In this document: in pieces, positions 16,023 to 26,657 of the stretch
How the letters are laid out: every line of letters starts with the position of its first letter
Numbering within the stretch: position 1 is the stretch's first letter
Assembly (NCBI GenBank): GCA_965237905.1
Contig: OZ250172.1
Location: 1,280,001-1,344,000 of the forward strand
Direction of reading: 5' to 3'
Length of the DNA: 64,000 bases
DNA from: Nitrospinaceae bacterium
GTDB lineage: Bacteria; Nitrospinota; Nitrospinia; Nitrospinales; Nitrospinaceae
Notes under the pieces: generated by a model
The model's input: the letters and a program-made list of their open reading frames with translations, nothing else
What the model was told of the DNA's origin: nothing
The model's database searches: none
Made by a program: the position numbers and the translations under genes

Positions 16023-19004
16023 ATGAAAAATCCCCGCCTGCCCGGCAAAATTATCCTCCCGACCGCCTTTTTTCTCATTCTGGCTGGATCGTTGGGCTTG
16101 TTATTCGACAATAAATTTCCCGGTATTGCTGTTGCCTCTGATGATCAATCCCAAGCGTCCTTTATTATCGAAACGGCCGCTAGCGAGAAGCAGGTGGTGG
16201 ATCTCTCCCAAACGTCGCCTGCCTGGAGGCAGAAGCTCAGCAAACATATTTTCATCAATATTGACCAGGAACTGCAATCGCTCGAACAACAATTCACCCT
16301 GCACAACAGCGCCAAAGGAAAACGGTTAATCAAGAGAGTAAGAGTTTCTCTTCAGAAAATGAAATCCGGAAAACAGAAATTTATGCGTACTGGCCGGGAA
16401 CCCTCCCTCGCTCTCTTTTACAACGGCCGCACGGTGCTGGAATACAATCTGTGGAAATTGAAGGGCCTGACTCGAAACTTAAAGATGGACCAGACTCAAT
16501 CGCGCGGCCTCTATCGGGTTTACGCGCTGATGAACAAATGGCTCGTCTATGTGGCCCACCGCGAAATCGACGCACGGCGACAAGGAAGCCTCGATGCCTC
16601 ACTCCGGGCAGAAACGAAGTCAACGCAGGGTATCGAAGAGTTCAATACCGCTTTCCCGCAAATATCAGAAATGGCTAAGATTACCGAACAGGATCTCAAA
16701 GAGGCCGGCGAAGCACTCTCCCAACCGCACTCCCCAGTGCAGAAGACCACACCCAACATCAATTCGGAAACCTTCGAACGGGAGACTCTCAAGTCACCGG
16801 AACCGGAGACCCGGCAAGACCCTCAACCGAATTTGGTGATGGAAGAAGGGAACACCGTCTCTCCACCCAGCTTCGAAGAGGGCGTTGACTCCCCCGAGGC
16901 GGCAACCATTTCAAACTGGATATTCGTACTGGTAATGGGGGTTGGAGTTCTCATAGTCTCGTTCCTGATATTCCGCAGAAAAAGAAAATCCACCGATCTA
17001 CGTACGTTTTATAGAGGTTATGCCAAAAATCATTTGGAACGCCACGATCAAAACACCACCGATTTCGTAGAGATTCATACCCTCATAGGATCTGGCTACA
17101 CAGAGGATACCGCGGCTGACAACGCAAGTGAGGTTCCAAACAATGGGGATTTCTCTCTGGAGAATTCAATCTTCCGCGAAGCACTTCCTCAAGCCCCGGA
17201 TCACATGACTCTCCAAAATGAACCTTCCTCCCTGAGCAGTGCAATGTCAGAAACCATGGAGTCTCCTACAGAAGAATGGTCCAAGAACAGTGAAATCGAA
17301 GCACCCATCACCGATGGTGAAACGCCCGAGGGTATTCCTTCACAGGTAACGGACAACGGATTTGAAGACCCCGCTCAGAAGGACATGACCTTCCAATTGG
17401 AAGAGCTCACCCAAAAACTGGAAAACACGCTTGCGGAAAACGACTCTCTAAAAGAAAAGCTGGAGACCTTCCACGAAATAAATGAAGGTTTGGAAAGCCA
17501 GGTAGAAGCCCTGCGCAATAAAAGAAAAAAGTACGCCCACGGATGGGTAAATCTTCTTAAGGAAAACCACTCCCTAGCGGAAGCACAGGAGATTTCTAAT
17601 AAAGAAACAGAGGAGCTCGACCAGGATCTGGAAAGCACACTCACCGAAAAAGAAGATCGCGCCCAAGGACTGGAAAACATCCTTGCGGAAAACGACTCTC
17701 TAACGGAAACGCTGGAGTCGACCAATTCGGAAAATGAAACATTAAAAGAACAACTGAAAACTCTCCGCGAAGAAAAAGAAGAACGGGGCAAACAAATGGA
17801 AACCCTACGCAATGAAAAAAAAGAGTACACCCAGAAATTAGAAACTCTCCGCGAGGAAAAAGAAGAGAGCACCCAAGGACTGGAAAGCATCCTTGCGGAA
17901 AATAACTCTCTGACGGAAATTCTGGAGTCGACCGCTTCGGAAAATGAAACATTAAAAGAACAACTGGAAACTCTCCACGAGGAAAAAGAGGAACGGGACA
18001 AACAAATGGAAACCCTCAGCACCAAAGAAGAGGAGCTCGCCCAGAAGCGGGAAAACATCCTTGCGGAGAATAATTCTCTAACGGAAAAATTGGAGACCCT
18101 CAATGAGGAAAAAGAGGGCCTGAAGAAACAATTGGAAACCCTTCACTCTAGAGAGGAAGAACTCGCCCGGCATCTGGAAAGCACGCTCGCAGAAAACAAC
18201 TCTCTAACAGAAAATATGGGGACCGCCCACACAAAAGAGGAAGACCGGGACAAACAATTGGAAACCCCCCACGCTGAAAAAGAAGAACGCGACCAGGAAT
18301 TGGAAAACACGCTTGCAGAAAACAACTCTCTAATGAAACAGCTGAAGACCTCTCACCAGGAAAATGAACGCCTGAAGAAACATTTGGAAACCCTCCACAC
18401 CGAAAAGGAACGCCTGGCGCAAAAACAAAATAACACTGATGCAAAATCTAAAACCATGAAGAAAACCCCTAAATCCACTCGGGGGAACAATAAAATACCG
18501 GCGAAGAAACTGAAAAGCACTCCCACAGAAAAAGAAGCCTTAACAAAACAATTTAAAGCCGCCCAGGAAAAAGCCAAAAGATTGGCGAAGGAACTGAAAA
18601 ACTCCTCCGCAGAAAGAGAAGCCTCAACGAAAAAACTTAAAGCTACTGAAGAAAAATCCAAAAGATTGACGAAGGAGCTGAAAAACACCTCCACAGAGAA
18701 AGAAACCTCAGCGAAAAAACTTAAAGCTACTGAGGAAAAAATCAAAAGATTGGCGAAGGAGCTGAAAAACACCTCCACAAAAAAAGAGACCTTAACGAAA
18801 AAACTTAAAGCCACCCAGGGAAAAAATAAAGGGTTGCCGAAGGAACCGAAAAGCACTTCTACAAAAAAAGAAGCCTTAACAAAAAAATTTAAAACCTCCC
18901 AAGGAAAAAACAAAGCGACTGCCAAACAATATAAAGCTTTGGCCAATCAATGGAAGCGACCCAAACCGAAAGCGATCAAACCACCGAATCAGAGTGCACT
19001 CTGA
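16023..19004 (+). CDS. Large membrane-anchored repetitive coiled-coil protein, function unknown
   Basis: N-terminal hydrophobic segment, internal TM (WIFVLVMGVGVLIVSFLIF-RRKRK), acidic heptad repeats, Lys-rich C-terminal repeats. ATG 16023 preferred over TTG 16014. Confidence 0.8.
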   Translation: MKNPRLPGKIILPTAFFLILAGSLGLLFDNKFPGIAVASDDQSQASFIIETAASEKQVVDLSQTSPAWRQKLSKHIFINIDQELQSLEQQFTLHNSAKGKRLIKRVRVSLQKMKSGKQKFMRTGREPSLALFYNGRTVLEYNLWKLKGLTRNLKMDQTQSRGLYRVYALMNKWLVYVAHREIDARRQGSLDASLRAETKSTQGIEEFNTAFPQISEMAKITEQDLKEAGEALSQPHSPVQKTTPNINSETFERETLKSPEPETRQDPQPNLVMEEGNTVSPPSFEEGVDSPEAATISNWIFVLVMGVGVLIVSFLIFRRKRKSTDLRTFYRGYAKNHLERHDQNTTDFVEIHTLIGSGYTEDTAADNASEVPNNGDFSLENSIFREALPQAPDHMTLQNEPSSLSSAMSETMESPTEEWSKNSEIEAPITDGETPEGIPSQVTDNGFEDPAQKDMTFQLEELTQKLENTLAENDSLKEKLETFHEINEGLESQVEALRNKRKKYAHGWVNLLKENHSLAEAQEISNKETEELDQDLESTLTEKEDRAQGLENILAENDSLTETLESTNSENETLKEQLKTLREEKEERGKQMETLRNEKKEYTQKLETLREEKEESTQGLESILAENNSLTEILESTASENETLKEQLETLHEEKEERDKQMETLSTKEEELAQKRENILAENNSLTEKLETLNEEKEGLKKQLETLHSREEELARHLESTLAENNSLTENMGTAHTKEEDRDKQLETPHAEKEERDQELENTLAENNSLMKQLKTSHQENERLKKHLETLHTEKERLAQKQNNTDAKSKTMKKTPKSTRGNNKIPAKKLKSTPTEKEALTKQFKAAQEKAKRLAKELKNSSAEREASTKKLKATEEKSKRLTKELKNTSTEKETSAKKLKATEEKIKRLAKELKNTSTKKETLTKKLKATQGKNKGLPKEPKSTSTKKEALTKKFKTSQGKNKATAKQYKALANQWKRPKPKAIKPPNQSAL
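17400..18915 (+). repeat. Intragenic degenerate tandem repeats (42-bp modules; 84-bp C-terminal units)
   Basis: LENxLAENxSL recurs six times. Near-identical blocks start at about 17671 and 17881 (210 bp apart). KKLKATEEKxKRLxKELKNTSTxKETx units recur every 84 bp. Confidence 0.85.
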
Positions 19005-19120
19005 CGCACAAACTTGAGACCCTATCTGTCGAAGCCAGGGACCCCAAGGAATCGGTGGTATTGTGCGAGGCAAAAGAATAATCAGTTTAAAGGAAGTTAT
19101 TGTCCCACTTGGCCGGAAAA

Positions 19121-20938
19121 TTACACCATGCCGACGGGGTTGTTGTAGACGGAGGGGCGTTGGTCGGGACGCATGTGGAGTTGAGTCAGCTCGTTGGTGC
19201 CAAAATGATCGATGTATAAAAAAATGTACTCACGCACGGCGGTTCTGAGGTCCCACTTACCATCGTGGTTCTGCTCGAATTCCGAAAACACTTCCATGGC
19301 ATCCTGAATGCTCAAACCTTCATCGACCGTAAAATAATAATCCAATGCCAGGTCCCATTCCGGATTCTTGTAGGCGGACACGCCGAATTTCTCCGGCTCC
19401 ATCGCCACCGGGCTGAACTTGCCCAACACGAAGGTCATGAACCCGAGCGAATGAATATTCTGGCGGTTGTCGTGCACAAACTGTTTGCTGTCGTTTGCTT
19501 CCTCCTCCGTCTCGCCGGGGAACCCGAAAAACCCCATAATGTGATTCCAGATGCCGTACTTCGCCGACATGGCCAGGTTGGTGCGGATGGCATCCAGATT
19601 CGTCGCCTTGTCCATCAGCTTGAGCACCCGGTCGTTGCCGGACTCGTACCCGAAATGCAGGTAACGGCAGCCGGATTTCGCCGCGTCGTCCCACACCTCG
19701 TCGTCGAGCAGGGATTCTTCGAAGCGCATGTGGGTGGTCCACGCGATATCGATTTTGTTGTCGACCAGCGAGCGTGACAGCTTGCGGAACAGCGCGGGAG
19801 GATATGACTCGTCGGTGAAATGAAAATGCCGGTTGCCGTACTTATCTTGTAAAAACTTGATCTCCTCGGTGATCTGTGCGATCTGCTTGGTGCGGTAGCC
19901 TTCGACATAACCCTGGAAATGATCGCAGAACGTGCACTTGCCCCAGTAACAACCGCGTGTGGCCAGGTACGGCAGGATCAGCTTCGGCACGAAATATTTT
20001 TCCAGCGGCAGGCCGTCGAAATCCGGCGGCGGCAGTTGATCCATGTTCTCGGCGAACACTTCCTTGTTCTGGTGGATGGCGCCGGACGCATCCTTGCGGA
20101 TGAGATTGGGAAGCGCTGACAAATCCGTCTCGCCCTTGCCCAATGCGTCGATCAACTGCAGGAAGGCGCTTTCGCCTTCGTACAACACCGCCGTGTCGAA
20201 CAGTTCGAATAATTCCTTACTTCCCTTAATGGCGTCGCGCAGGCGCGTCACGATGTTGCCGCCGATGGTGATGTGCGTGTCCGGAGACTGCTCTTTGATC
20301 ATCTTGCAGAAGGTGAAGGTGGGGATCAGTTGTTTCTGCTGGACGATGGAGATGCCCACCACATCCGGCTTTTCTTTTTCGATGAGGTCGGCAATCAGAA
20401 ATTTGTACACGTCCCGATAAACATTGATCTGGTCGTCGTCCAGCGCCTCCAGAATTTCCGTGGACATGAACGGTTTGTAGATCAGTTCCGTTTCGATGGG
20501 GGGAAAGCAGATTTGCGCCGGGTAATAACCGAATGAGACCACCGCCATGGTTTCGTGCAGGCATTGCGTGGCCCATTCCAGTTTGTCGATCTCGTAAAAA
20601 TCGTCATTTCGGAGAATGCGCTTGGCCTCGATCACGTCTTCGATCAGGCGGGCGAACCGCTCCTCGGTGAGCGACTCCAACTGCGCCTTGAGAGCGGCTT
20701 CCTCTTCGGTCAGCCCGTCGCGATCGGCCACCACCTGAAGGTGCCTCAGCTCGAAACCGATGCGGCCCTGGACGTGGCGCAGGAATTTCTCGCCAAACAT
20801 CAAGTCGTACATCTCGACGTTGATGTCCTTCTGGATCACCTCGTGCCCCGCGGGCCGGAGAACCGACGTCAACGCCGGCAGACTCAGATACGGCTCCGAC
20901 GGTAGCCAGTCGGGCGGAAATAACAGCAATATTTTCAT
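19121..20938 (-). CDS. B12-binding-domain radical SAM protein
   Basis: PYLSLPAL N-terminus, PDVVGISI, GGN, YEGE, RGCYWGKCTFC, HFGYESG, GFPGET. Confidence 0.92.
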   Translation of the reverse strand: MKILLLFPPDWLPSEPYLSLPALTSVLRPAGHEVIQKDINVEMYDLMFGEKFLRHVQGRIGFELRHLQVVADRDGLTEEEAALKAQLESLTEERFARLIEDVIEAKRILRNDDFYEIDKLEWATQCLHETMAVVSFGYYPAQICFPPIETELIYKPFMSTEILEALDDDQINVYRDVYKFLIADLIEKEKPDVVGISIVQQKQLIPTFTFCKMIKEQSPDTHITIGGNIVTRLRDAIKGSKELFELFDTAVLYEGESAFLQLIDALGKGETDLSALPNLIRKDASGAIHQNKEVFAENMDQLPPPDFDGLPLEKYFVPKLILPYLATRGCYWGKCTFCDHFQGYVEGYRTKQIAQITEEIKFLQDKYGNRHFHFTDESYPPALFRKLSRSLVDNKIDIAWTTHMRFEESLLDDEVWDDAAKSGCRYLHFGYESGNDRVLKLMDKATNLDAIRTNLAMSAKYGIWNHIMGFFGFPGETEEEANDSKQFVHDNRQNIHSLGFMTFVLGKFSPVAMEPEKFGVSAYKNPEWDLALDYYFTVDEGLSIQDAMEVFSEFEQNHDGKWDLRTAVREYIFLYIDHFGTNELTQLHMRPDQRPSVYNNPVGMV

Positions 20939-21086
20939 AGTGTTTCAATGAATCCGGGAAGAGCGGGATCGATCAGCCTGAGTACCCTCCTCACCCCGGA
21001 AGTTGCGTGTTTTCAAGTGGGATTATCATATCACTTTTGGAATTGTTCGCATAGAAATTACAGAAGCCCCAAATTCTCAAAACCCA

Positions 21087-21114
21087 TTGACATCACACCA
21101 AGGGTCCGTATAAT
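21087..21114 (+). promoter_or_regulatory. Consensus sigma70 promoter
   Basis: TTGACA-N16-TATAAT in the divergent intergenic region. Confidence 0.65.
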
Positions 21115-21293
21115 TCGGAAAATTCGATAAATTCAAGGGTTAGGACCTTTTTCCCCAGGTTGGGGAAATCCTTTTATAGTTCATTATTGAAACCGGAATT
21201 TGCGGTTGTCACAGGCCACCGAAAAAATGGTAAGCTGGCTCTTATCTCAGGACATTCAATCTTTTTGGTAACACTCTAATAAAGAATAAATTT

Positions 21294-23480
21294 ATGCGCA
21301 TATATTCCATAACACCCATGAAACTCAGAATTTCGATACTCCTATGCCTCCTGCTGGTCCCCGGGTGGGGATGGGCGGCCAAGGGCCCTATCAAAGCCAC
21401 TAAAATTTCCATATCGCTGGTGGACGGCATTGCGGTGTCCCCCAAGGGAGATATTTATATCGCCCGCCGCGCTCATAACGTGATCAGCCGCATCAACCAA
21501 AAGGGTATGCTGGTCAATGTGGTGGGCACCGGCGCTTCCGGGTATTCCGGCGACGGCGGTCCCGCGACGAAGGCGACAATGAACATTCCCGCCGGGCTGA
21601 CTTTTGACCGGCACGGCAACCTGTATATCGCCGACCGGGCTAATCATCGTGTGCGCAAAGTCGACACGAAAGGAATCATCACCACCGTCGCGGGCAACGG
21701 CACCGCAGGATTCAGCGGTGACAGAGGACCTGCAACGCAGGCCAGCCTCAACCTGCCTTCCGGCGTGGCAGTCGACAACAACGGCAACCTGTACATTTCC
21801 GACCGCTCTAACAACCGGGTGCGCAAGGTGAGCAGTAAGGGCATCATCCAAACCTTTGCCGGCAACGGAAGCGACGGGTACCACGGCGACAACATGCCGG
21901 CTTTGCAGGCGACTCTCGATAAACCGTTCGGCCTCGCGCTCGACAAGGATAACAACTTGTACATCGCCGACCGCGGCAACAACCGGATCCGCAAAATCGA
22001 TTCCTCCGGCCTGATCAGCACCGTGGCGGGCGACGGTGGATTTTATTACATCGGCGACAACGGTCCCGCCTACCGGGCCAGTATTGCCGGTCCTACGGGT
22101 GTGACCGTGGACCGCAAGGGCAACATCTACATTGCCGACCGAGGCAACAATCGCATCCGAATGGTCGACACGCTGGGAATGATCCGCACCATCATGGGCA
22201 CGGGCCAGCAGGATTACAACGGCGACTCGGAACTGGCGCGGGAAACCAACCTGCACCTGCCGTTCGGTGTGGCACTCGATAAAAAAGGCGACCTGCTGGT
22301 CATCGACCGCTCGCATTACCGGATTCGCAAGCTGATCATGAAAGGCAGCCGTGTCACCACCCTGGCGGGTAACGGCGTCAAGCAGTTCGGCGGAGACGGC
22401 GGTCCCTCGCAAGGCGCTCATCTGGAATTTCCGCACGGCATTGACGTAGACAGCAAGGACAACGTGATCTTCGCTGACAAGGCTCATTACCGTATCCGAA
22501 AAATCACTCCCAAAGGCATCATCTCTACTATCGTCGGCACCGGGGTGCGTGGCAATATCGGCGATGGCAAGCCGGCGCTCAAGGCATCGGTCTTCCCCAC
22601 ACGCATGCGGTTGAACCACAAAAACGAAATCTTTTTCATCAGCCCCAGCGGATTCGTCAGTCTGGTCCGCAAAGTGAACACCAAAGGCATCATCAATGAA
22701 TACATCACCACCGGCGATGCGAATTACCAGAAAGCCGTACTGGCTTCCGGGTCGGGCGCCTCTACTAGATCCGAGATTACGGTGATCTCACAGTTTTCCG
22801 ATCTGGCACTGGACAAAAAGGGAAACCTCTACCTGGCAGACCGGATCAATCACCAGATTCGCAAGCTGGCGCCCAACGGCAAAATCAAGACCATCGCCGG
22901 AACAGGAGATTCGAGTTATTTCGGCGACGGCGGTCCAGCCACTCAAGCGGCGTTTCGTGATCCGGCGGCCATCACTCTGGATAAAGCGGGCAACCTGTAT
23001 GTCGCCGACGCCGCCAATAACATGGTTCGGAGAATCAACACCAAGGGCATCATCTCCACCATCGCCGGCAACGGCAAGCACAAAGACAGCGGCGACGGCG
23101 GTCCGGCCCTGAAGGCCAGTTTGCGTTCCATCGATTCCCTGGCGTTCAACCCGGCAGGCGAACTGCATATCGTCGAAACCAACACCCACCATATCCGGAA
23201 GATCAAAAAGGACGGCACCATTGTCACCGTTGCAGGCCGGCCCGGGATTCAGGGAAATTTTGGAGACGGCGGACCCGCCACCAAAGCCATGCTCAAGCAA
23301 CCGGCGGATATCGCGTTCGACTCCAAGGGCAACATGTACATTACCGACATGGGAAACAACAGTATCCGGAAAGTCGATACCCAGGGAATTATCACCACCT
23401 TAGCGGGCGCAGGAATCTACAGTGCGGGTTGGAATCCTGAAGGCGAATATATGGAAATTATTGACGGAATTTTCCCCTAA
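21294..23480 (+). CDS. Secreted NHL-repeat beta-propeller protein
   Basis: Signal peptide and about 12 repeats of GxGxxGFSGDGGPAxxA..P.G.A.D..GNLYIAD..N.RIRK. The start may be 21318. Confidence 0.92.
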   Translation: MRIYSITPMKLRISILLCLLLVPGWGWAAKGPIKATKISISLVDGIAVSPKGDIYIARRAHNVISRINQKGMLVNVVGTGASGYSGDGGPATKATMNIPAGLTFDRHGNLYIADRANHRVRKVDTKGIITTVAGNGTAGFSGDRGPATQASLNLPSGVAVDNNGNLYISDRSNNRVRKVSSKGIIQTFAGNGSDGYHGDNMPALQATLDKPFGLALDKDNNLYIADRGNNRIRKIDSSGLISTVAGDGGFYYIGDNGPAYRASIAGPTGVTVDRKGNIYIADRGNNRIRMVDTLGMIRTIMGTGQQDYNGDSELARETNLHLPFGVALDKKGDLLVIDRSHYRIRKLIMKGSRVTTLAGNGVKQFGGDGGPSQGAHLEFPHGIDVDSKDNVIFADKAHYRIRKITPKGIISTIVGTGVRGNIGDGKPALKASVFPTRMRLNHKNEIFFISPSGFVSLVRKVNTKGIINEYITTGDANYQKAVLASGSGASTRSEITVISQFSDLALDKKGNLYLADRINHQIRKLAPNGKIKTIAGTGDSSYFGDGGPATQAAFRDPAAITLDKAGNLYVADAANNMVRRINTKGIISTIAGNGKHKDSGDGGPALKASLRSIDSLAFNPAGELHIVETNTHHIRKIKKDGTIVTVAGRPGIQGNFGDGGPATKAMLKQPADIAFDSKGNMYITDMGNNSIRKVDTQGIITTLAGAGIYSAGWNPEGEYMEIIDGIFP

Positions 23481-23545
23481 AGGACCCGGTACGTTAAACT
23501 TAAAAAGCACCTGAATGATATCTTTTGAATGAATGGAGAAGTTTC

Positions 23546-24055
23546 ATGTTGAACATATCTAGAATCCTGACCGTCCCGGTACTGTTGATGAGTTTGGCGC
23601 TGGCGCCGAATCCGTCCCTGGCAGGCGAAACGGATGCACTGACCGATCTTTTGAAGCAGGTGGACAAGCAAGTATGCCAATCTCCAAAAAAACTGATGAA
23701 TTATTACACGAAAGACACGGTGATTATCTCCGATGACAAACGCTTGCTTCCCGAACATCGCATCAAGGATTATGAAGTGATGATCGCCGAACTGCAGGGG
23801 ATGAAATGCAACAGCAAGCGCACCGTTCTCGCGGGCCATGTCGATAAAAACTTTGCATACCTGCTGGTGGATGAATTAATCAGCGTATCTTCTCTCCACA
23901 GCACGGACGAGCGACAACACAGCGTTTGCACCTACGTGTTTACCAGGAACGGCGGTCAGTGGAAAATCAAACAGGAGCATTGCTCCAGCTTGCCGGATTA
24001 CAGTATTGTGCCGGGGGACGACGCGTTGTATTATTTTCACAACCCGGTCTATTGA
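23546..24055 (+). CDS. Secreted NTF2/SnoaL-like protein
   Basis: Signal peptide; C-terminal TYVFTRNGGQWKIKQEHCS is typical of the NTF2 fold. ATG 23546 follows GGAG. Confidence 0.65.
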   Translation: MLNISRILTVPVLLMSLALAPNPSLAGETDALTDLLKQVDKQVCQSPKKLMNYYTKDTVIISDDKRLLPEHRIKDYEVMIAELQGMKCNSKRTVLAGHVDKNFAYLLVDELISVSSLHSTDERQHSVCTYVFTRNGGQWKIKQEHCSSLPDYSIVPGDDALYYFHNPVY

Positions 24056-24126
24056 TGGAGCGGGCATGGGGCTATTCCCAGCCCCTATAAAACGTGTCCA
24101 CCTTCATCCCCTGTTTCGGGGCTACG

Positions 24127-26170
24127 ATGCCGCAACCTCCTCCAGTCCCCTACCCGATTGGCCCCGTGCTCACCAATACGGGCGTTCATTTTACGTTGTA
24201 TTCCAAACACGCCACTGCGGTGGACCTCTGCCTGTTCGAAACCGCTTCCTCCGAAACAGAATCGCAACGCATTGCCCTGGAGAAAGGCGCCGATTCTTTC
24301 TGGCGCATTCATGTCCCCAACCTGAAAGCCGGCTGCCTTTACGGTTACCGGGTACACGGATCGTATCGTCCTGCCGAAGGACACCGTTTCAACCCTTCCA
24401 AGTTTACTGCTCGATCCTTACGCCAAAGCATTGGGACGAACCCTGCAATGGAACCATGCATTGTCGTCTGTCCCGCCGTCAACTGAGGACCAAGGCGATC
24501 AACCGCCCAATACGCAGGACAGCGCCTCATACGCGCCCCTCGCAAAAGTAATCGATACCTCGTTCGATTGGGGGAAGGATCGTCCACCGGGAATTCCCTG
24601 GGAAGAAACCGTACTCTATGAAACGCATGTCAAAGGGATGACACAACAACACCCCGGCATCCCTGAAGAGTTGCGCGGCACTTATGCCGGCCTCGCTTCG
24701 GAACCCGTGCTGGAACACCTGAACCATCTGGGGATCACCGCGATCGAACTCCTGCCCGTTAATCAGATTGCGGATGAATATCATCTACACAAAAATGGAT
24801 TGACCAATTACTGGGGGTACAATCCTCTCCTGTTGTTCGCACCGGATGGTCGACTCGCCCGCCAGAGAGACCCCGACCCGATCACGGAATTCAAAAACAT
24901 GGTGCGGGCGTTTCATCAAGCGGGTATTGAGGTGATTCTCGACATGGTGTTCAATCACACCGCCGAAGGCGACGTGCATGGTCCGACCGTTTCGTTTCGC
25001 GGCATCGACAACGCGGTGTACTACCGGGCGGACCCGGACCATCCGGAGCGCTACACCAACTTCACCGGATGCGGCAACACATTCAACCTTCACCATCCGC
25101 AGGTCCGGCAGTTGGTTCTGGATGTCCTTCGGTATTGGATCGATGAGATGCACGTGGACGGTTTTCGGTTGGACTTGGCGGTCACCGTGGGACGTGGCCG
25201 GAAATCGTTTGAACCGGAAGGGAATTTTTTCAAGTCGATTCAGGAGGACTCGATATTGTCCCAAGTGAAATGGATCGCCGAGCCCTGGGACCTGGGACCG
25301 AAAGGTTATCAACTGTCCAACTTTCCCAACGGGTGGTCGGAATGGAATGACCAGTACCGGCAGACCGTCCGCAAATTCTGGCGGGGAGATTCCAACCAAG
25401 CCCAATCATTGACAAAACGGGTCTCGGGAAGCCACGACCTGTTTCGTTCCAAGGGCAGGCCACCACACTCATCCATCAATTACATCGCCAGTCATGACGG
25501 GTTCACGCTGGAAGATGGGGTCACTTACAAAAAGAAGCACAATAAGGCGAATGGTGAAAATAATCGTGACGGCCATAACGGCAACGACAGTTGCAATTAT
25601 GGAGTGGAGGGTCCGTCAGACGATCCGGCCCTGAATGCGCTCCGTCAGCGACAGAAAAGAAATTTGCTGGCGACGCTTCTGCTGTCAGCAGGTACGCCGA
25701 TGATTTCCGGTGGTGACGAAATCGGCCGCACCCAACAGGGTAACAACAACGCCTATTGCCAGGATAACCCGATCAGTTGGTACGATTGGAATCTGAATGC
25801 AGATCAAAAAAGTTTTCTAAAATTCACCCAGCTCATCATTCAACTGAGAAAACGACATGCATTAACACAGGCCTCCTGGCAATGGTTTCAAGCGGATGGA
25901 CAAACGATAGATCCCTATGCACAGGAATCCATCGGCGTTCAGTGCCTGGGATGTTTTTCCCCTGAGAACGAGAAAGCCGCCCTTTTAATTCTGTTGAACA
26001 GCGGTGACCAGACCTGCGATTTCACATTACCCGGCGACTCCCGAAACTGGAAAGTGTTACTGGACACATCGGCCCCTGAGAAAACGGATGCCCCCGCCTC
26101 CAGAAAATCGTTGAAAACCCCCAATATAGCTCCCCGCTCCCTGAAAGTTTTAACCGCTACGGAGATGTAA
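24127..26170 (+). pseudogene. glgX: Glycogen debranching enzyme GlgX with a +1 frameshift at 24403-24405 (or sequencing error)
   Basis: N-terminal CBM48 part (GVHFTLYSKHATAVDLCLF, YGYRVHG, HRFNPSK) is in one frame and the catalytic part (NYWGYN, VFNHTAEG, DGFRLDLA, IAEPWD, SHDGFTL) in another. Removing one T restores KLLLDPYAKALG. Confidence 0.9.
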
Positions 26171-26273
26171 ACGGACCCATCAAAACAGGATTGCAACCCC
26201 GCGCTGCAAGGCTTATCCTGTTTACATCTAATAATGAAGACTCAATCATGTTACAATTCAGTTAGTTAAGTCT

Positions 26274-26594
26274 ATGAAACATCAGGATTCACAGTCGGAA
26301 AAAATTCGGATTCACATTGACCCGGATTTGCAGGATCTGATTCCCGATTACCTGGAAAACAGGGGAAAAGACCTGCTTGTTTATCAACAAGCTTTGGAAA
26401 AGGACGACTTCGATTCAATTGCTGTCCTGGGTCATTCCATGAAGGGATCCGGGGGGGGATATGGATTCAACGATCTAAGCAGTATCGGCCGGGCTATTGA
26501 AAAAGCCGCCAAAAACAGGGATAAGGAATCCGTCCGCAAATCCATCACCGTTCTTACGGATTTTCTGAAAAAGCTGGAAGTCGTTTACGATTGA
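26274..26594 (+). CDS. Stand-alone Hpt phosphotransfer protein
   Basis: LGHSMKGSGGGYGF motif. Confidence 0.88.
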   Translation: MKHQDSQSEKIRIHIDPDLQDLIPDYLENRGKDLLVYQQALEKDDFDSIAVLGHSMKGSGGGYGFNDLSSIGRAIEKAAKNRDKESVRKSITVLTDFLKKLEVVYD

Positions 26595-26657
26595 TCCCCG
26601 GCCCTGTCCCCAAAACCGTTCATTCACTTTAATAAAACCGCGCTTCACTTAAAGTCT

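Noticed and set aside
17400..18915. CRISPR array
   Set aside because: Repeats are in-frame, degenerate coding repeats without unique spacers, and there are no cas genes in the window.
21342..22619. 425-aa antisense ORF opposite the NHL gene
   Set aside because: Shadow ORF caused by GC-biased codon usage of a confidently coding strand.
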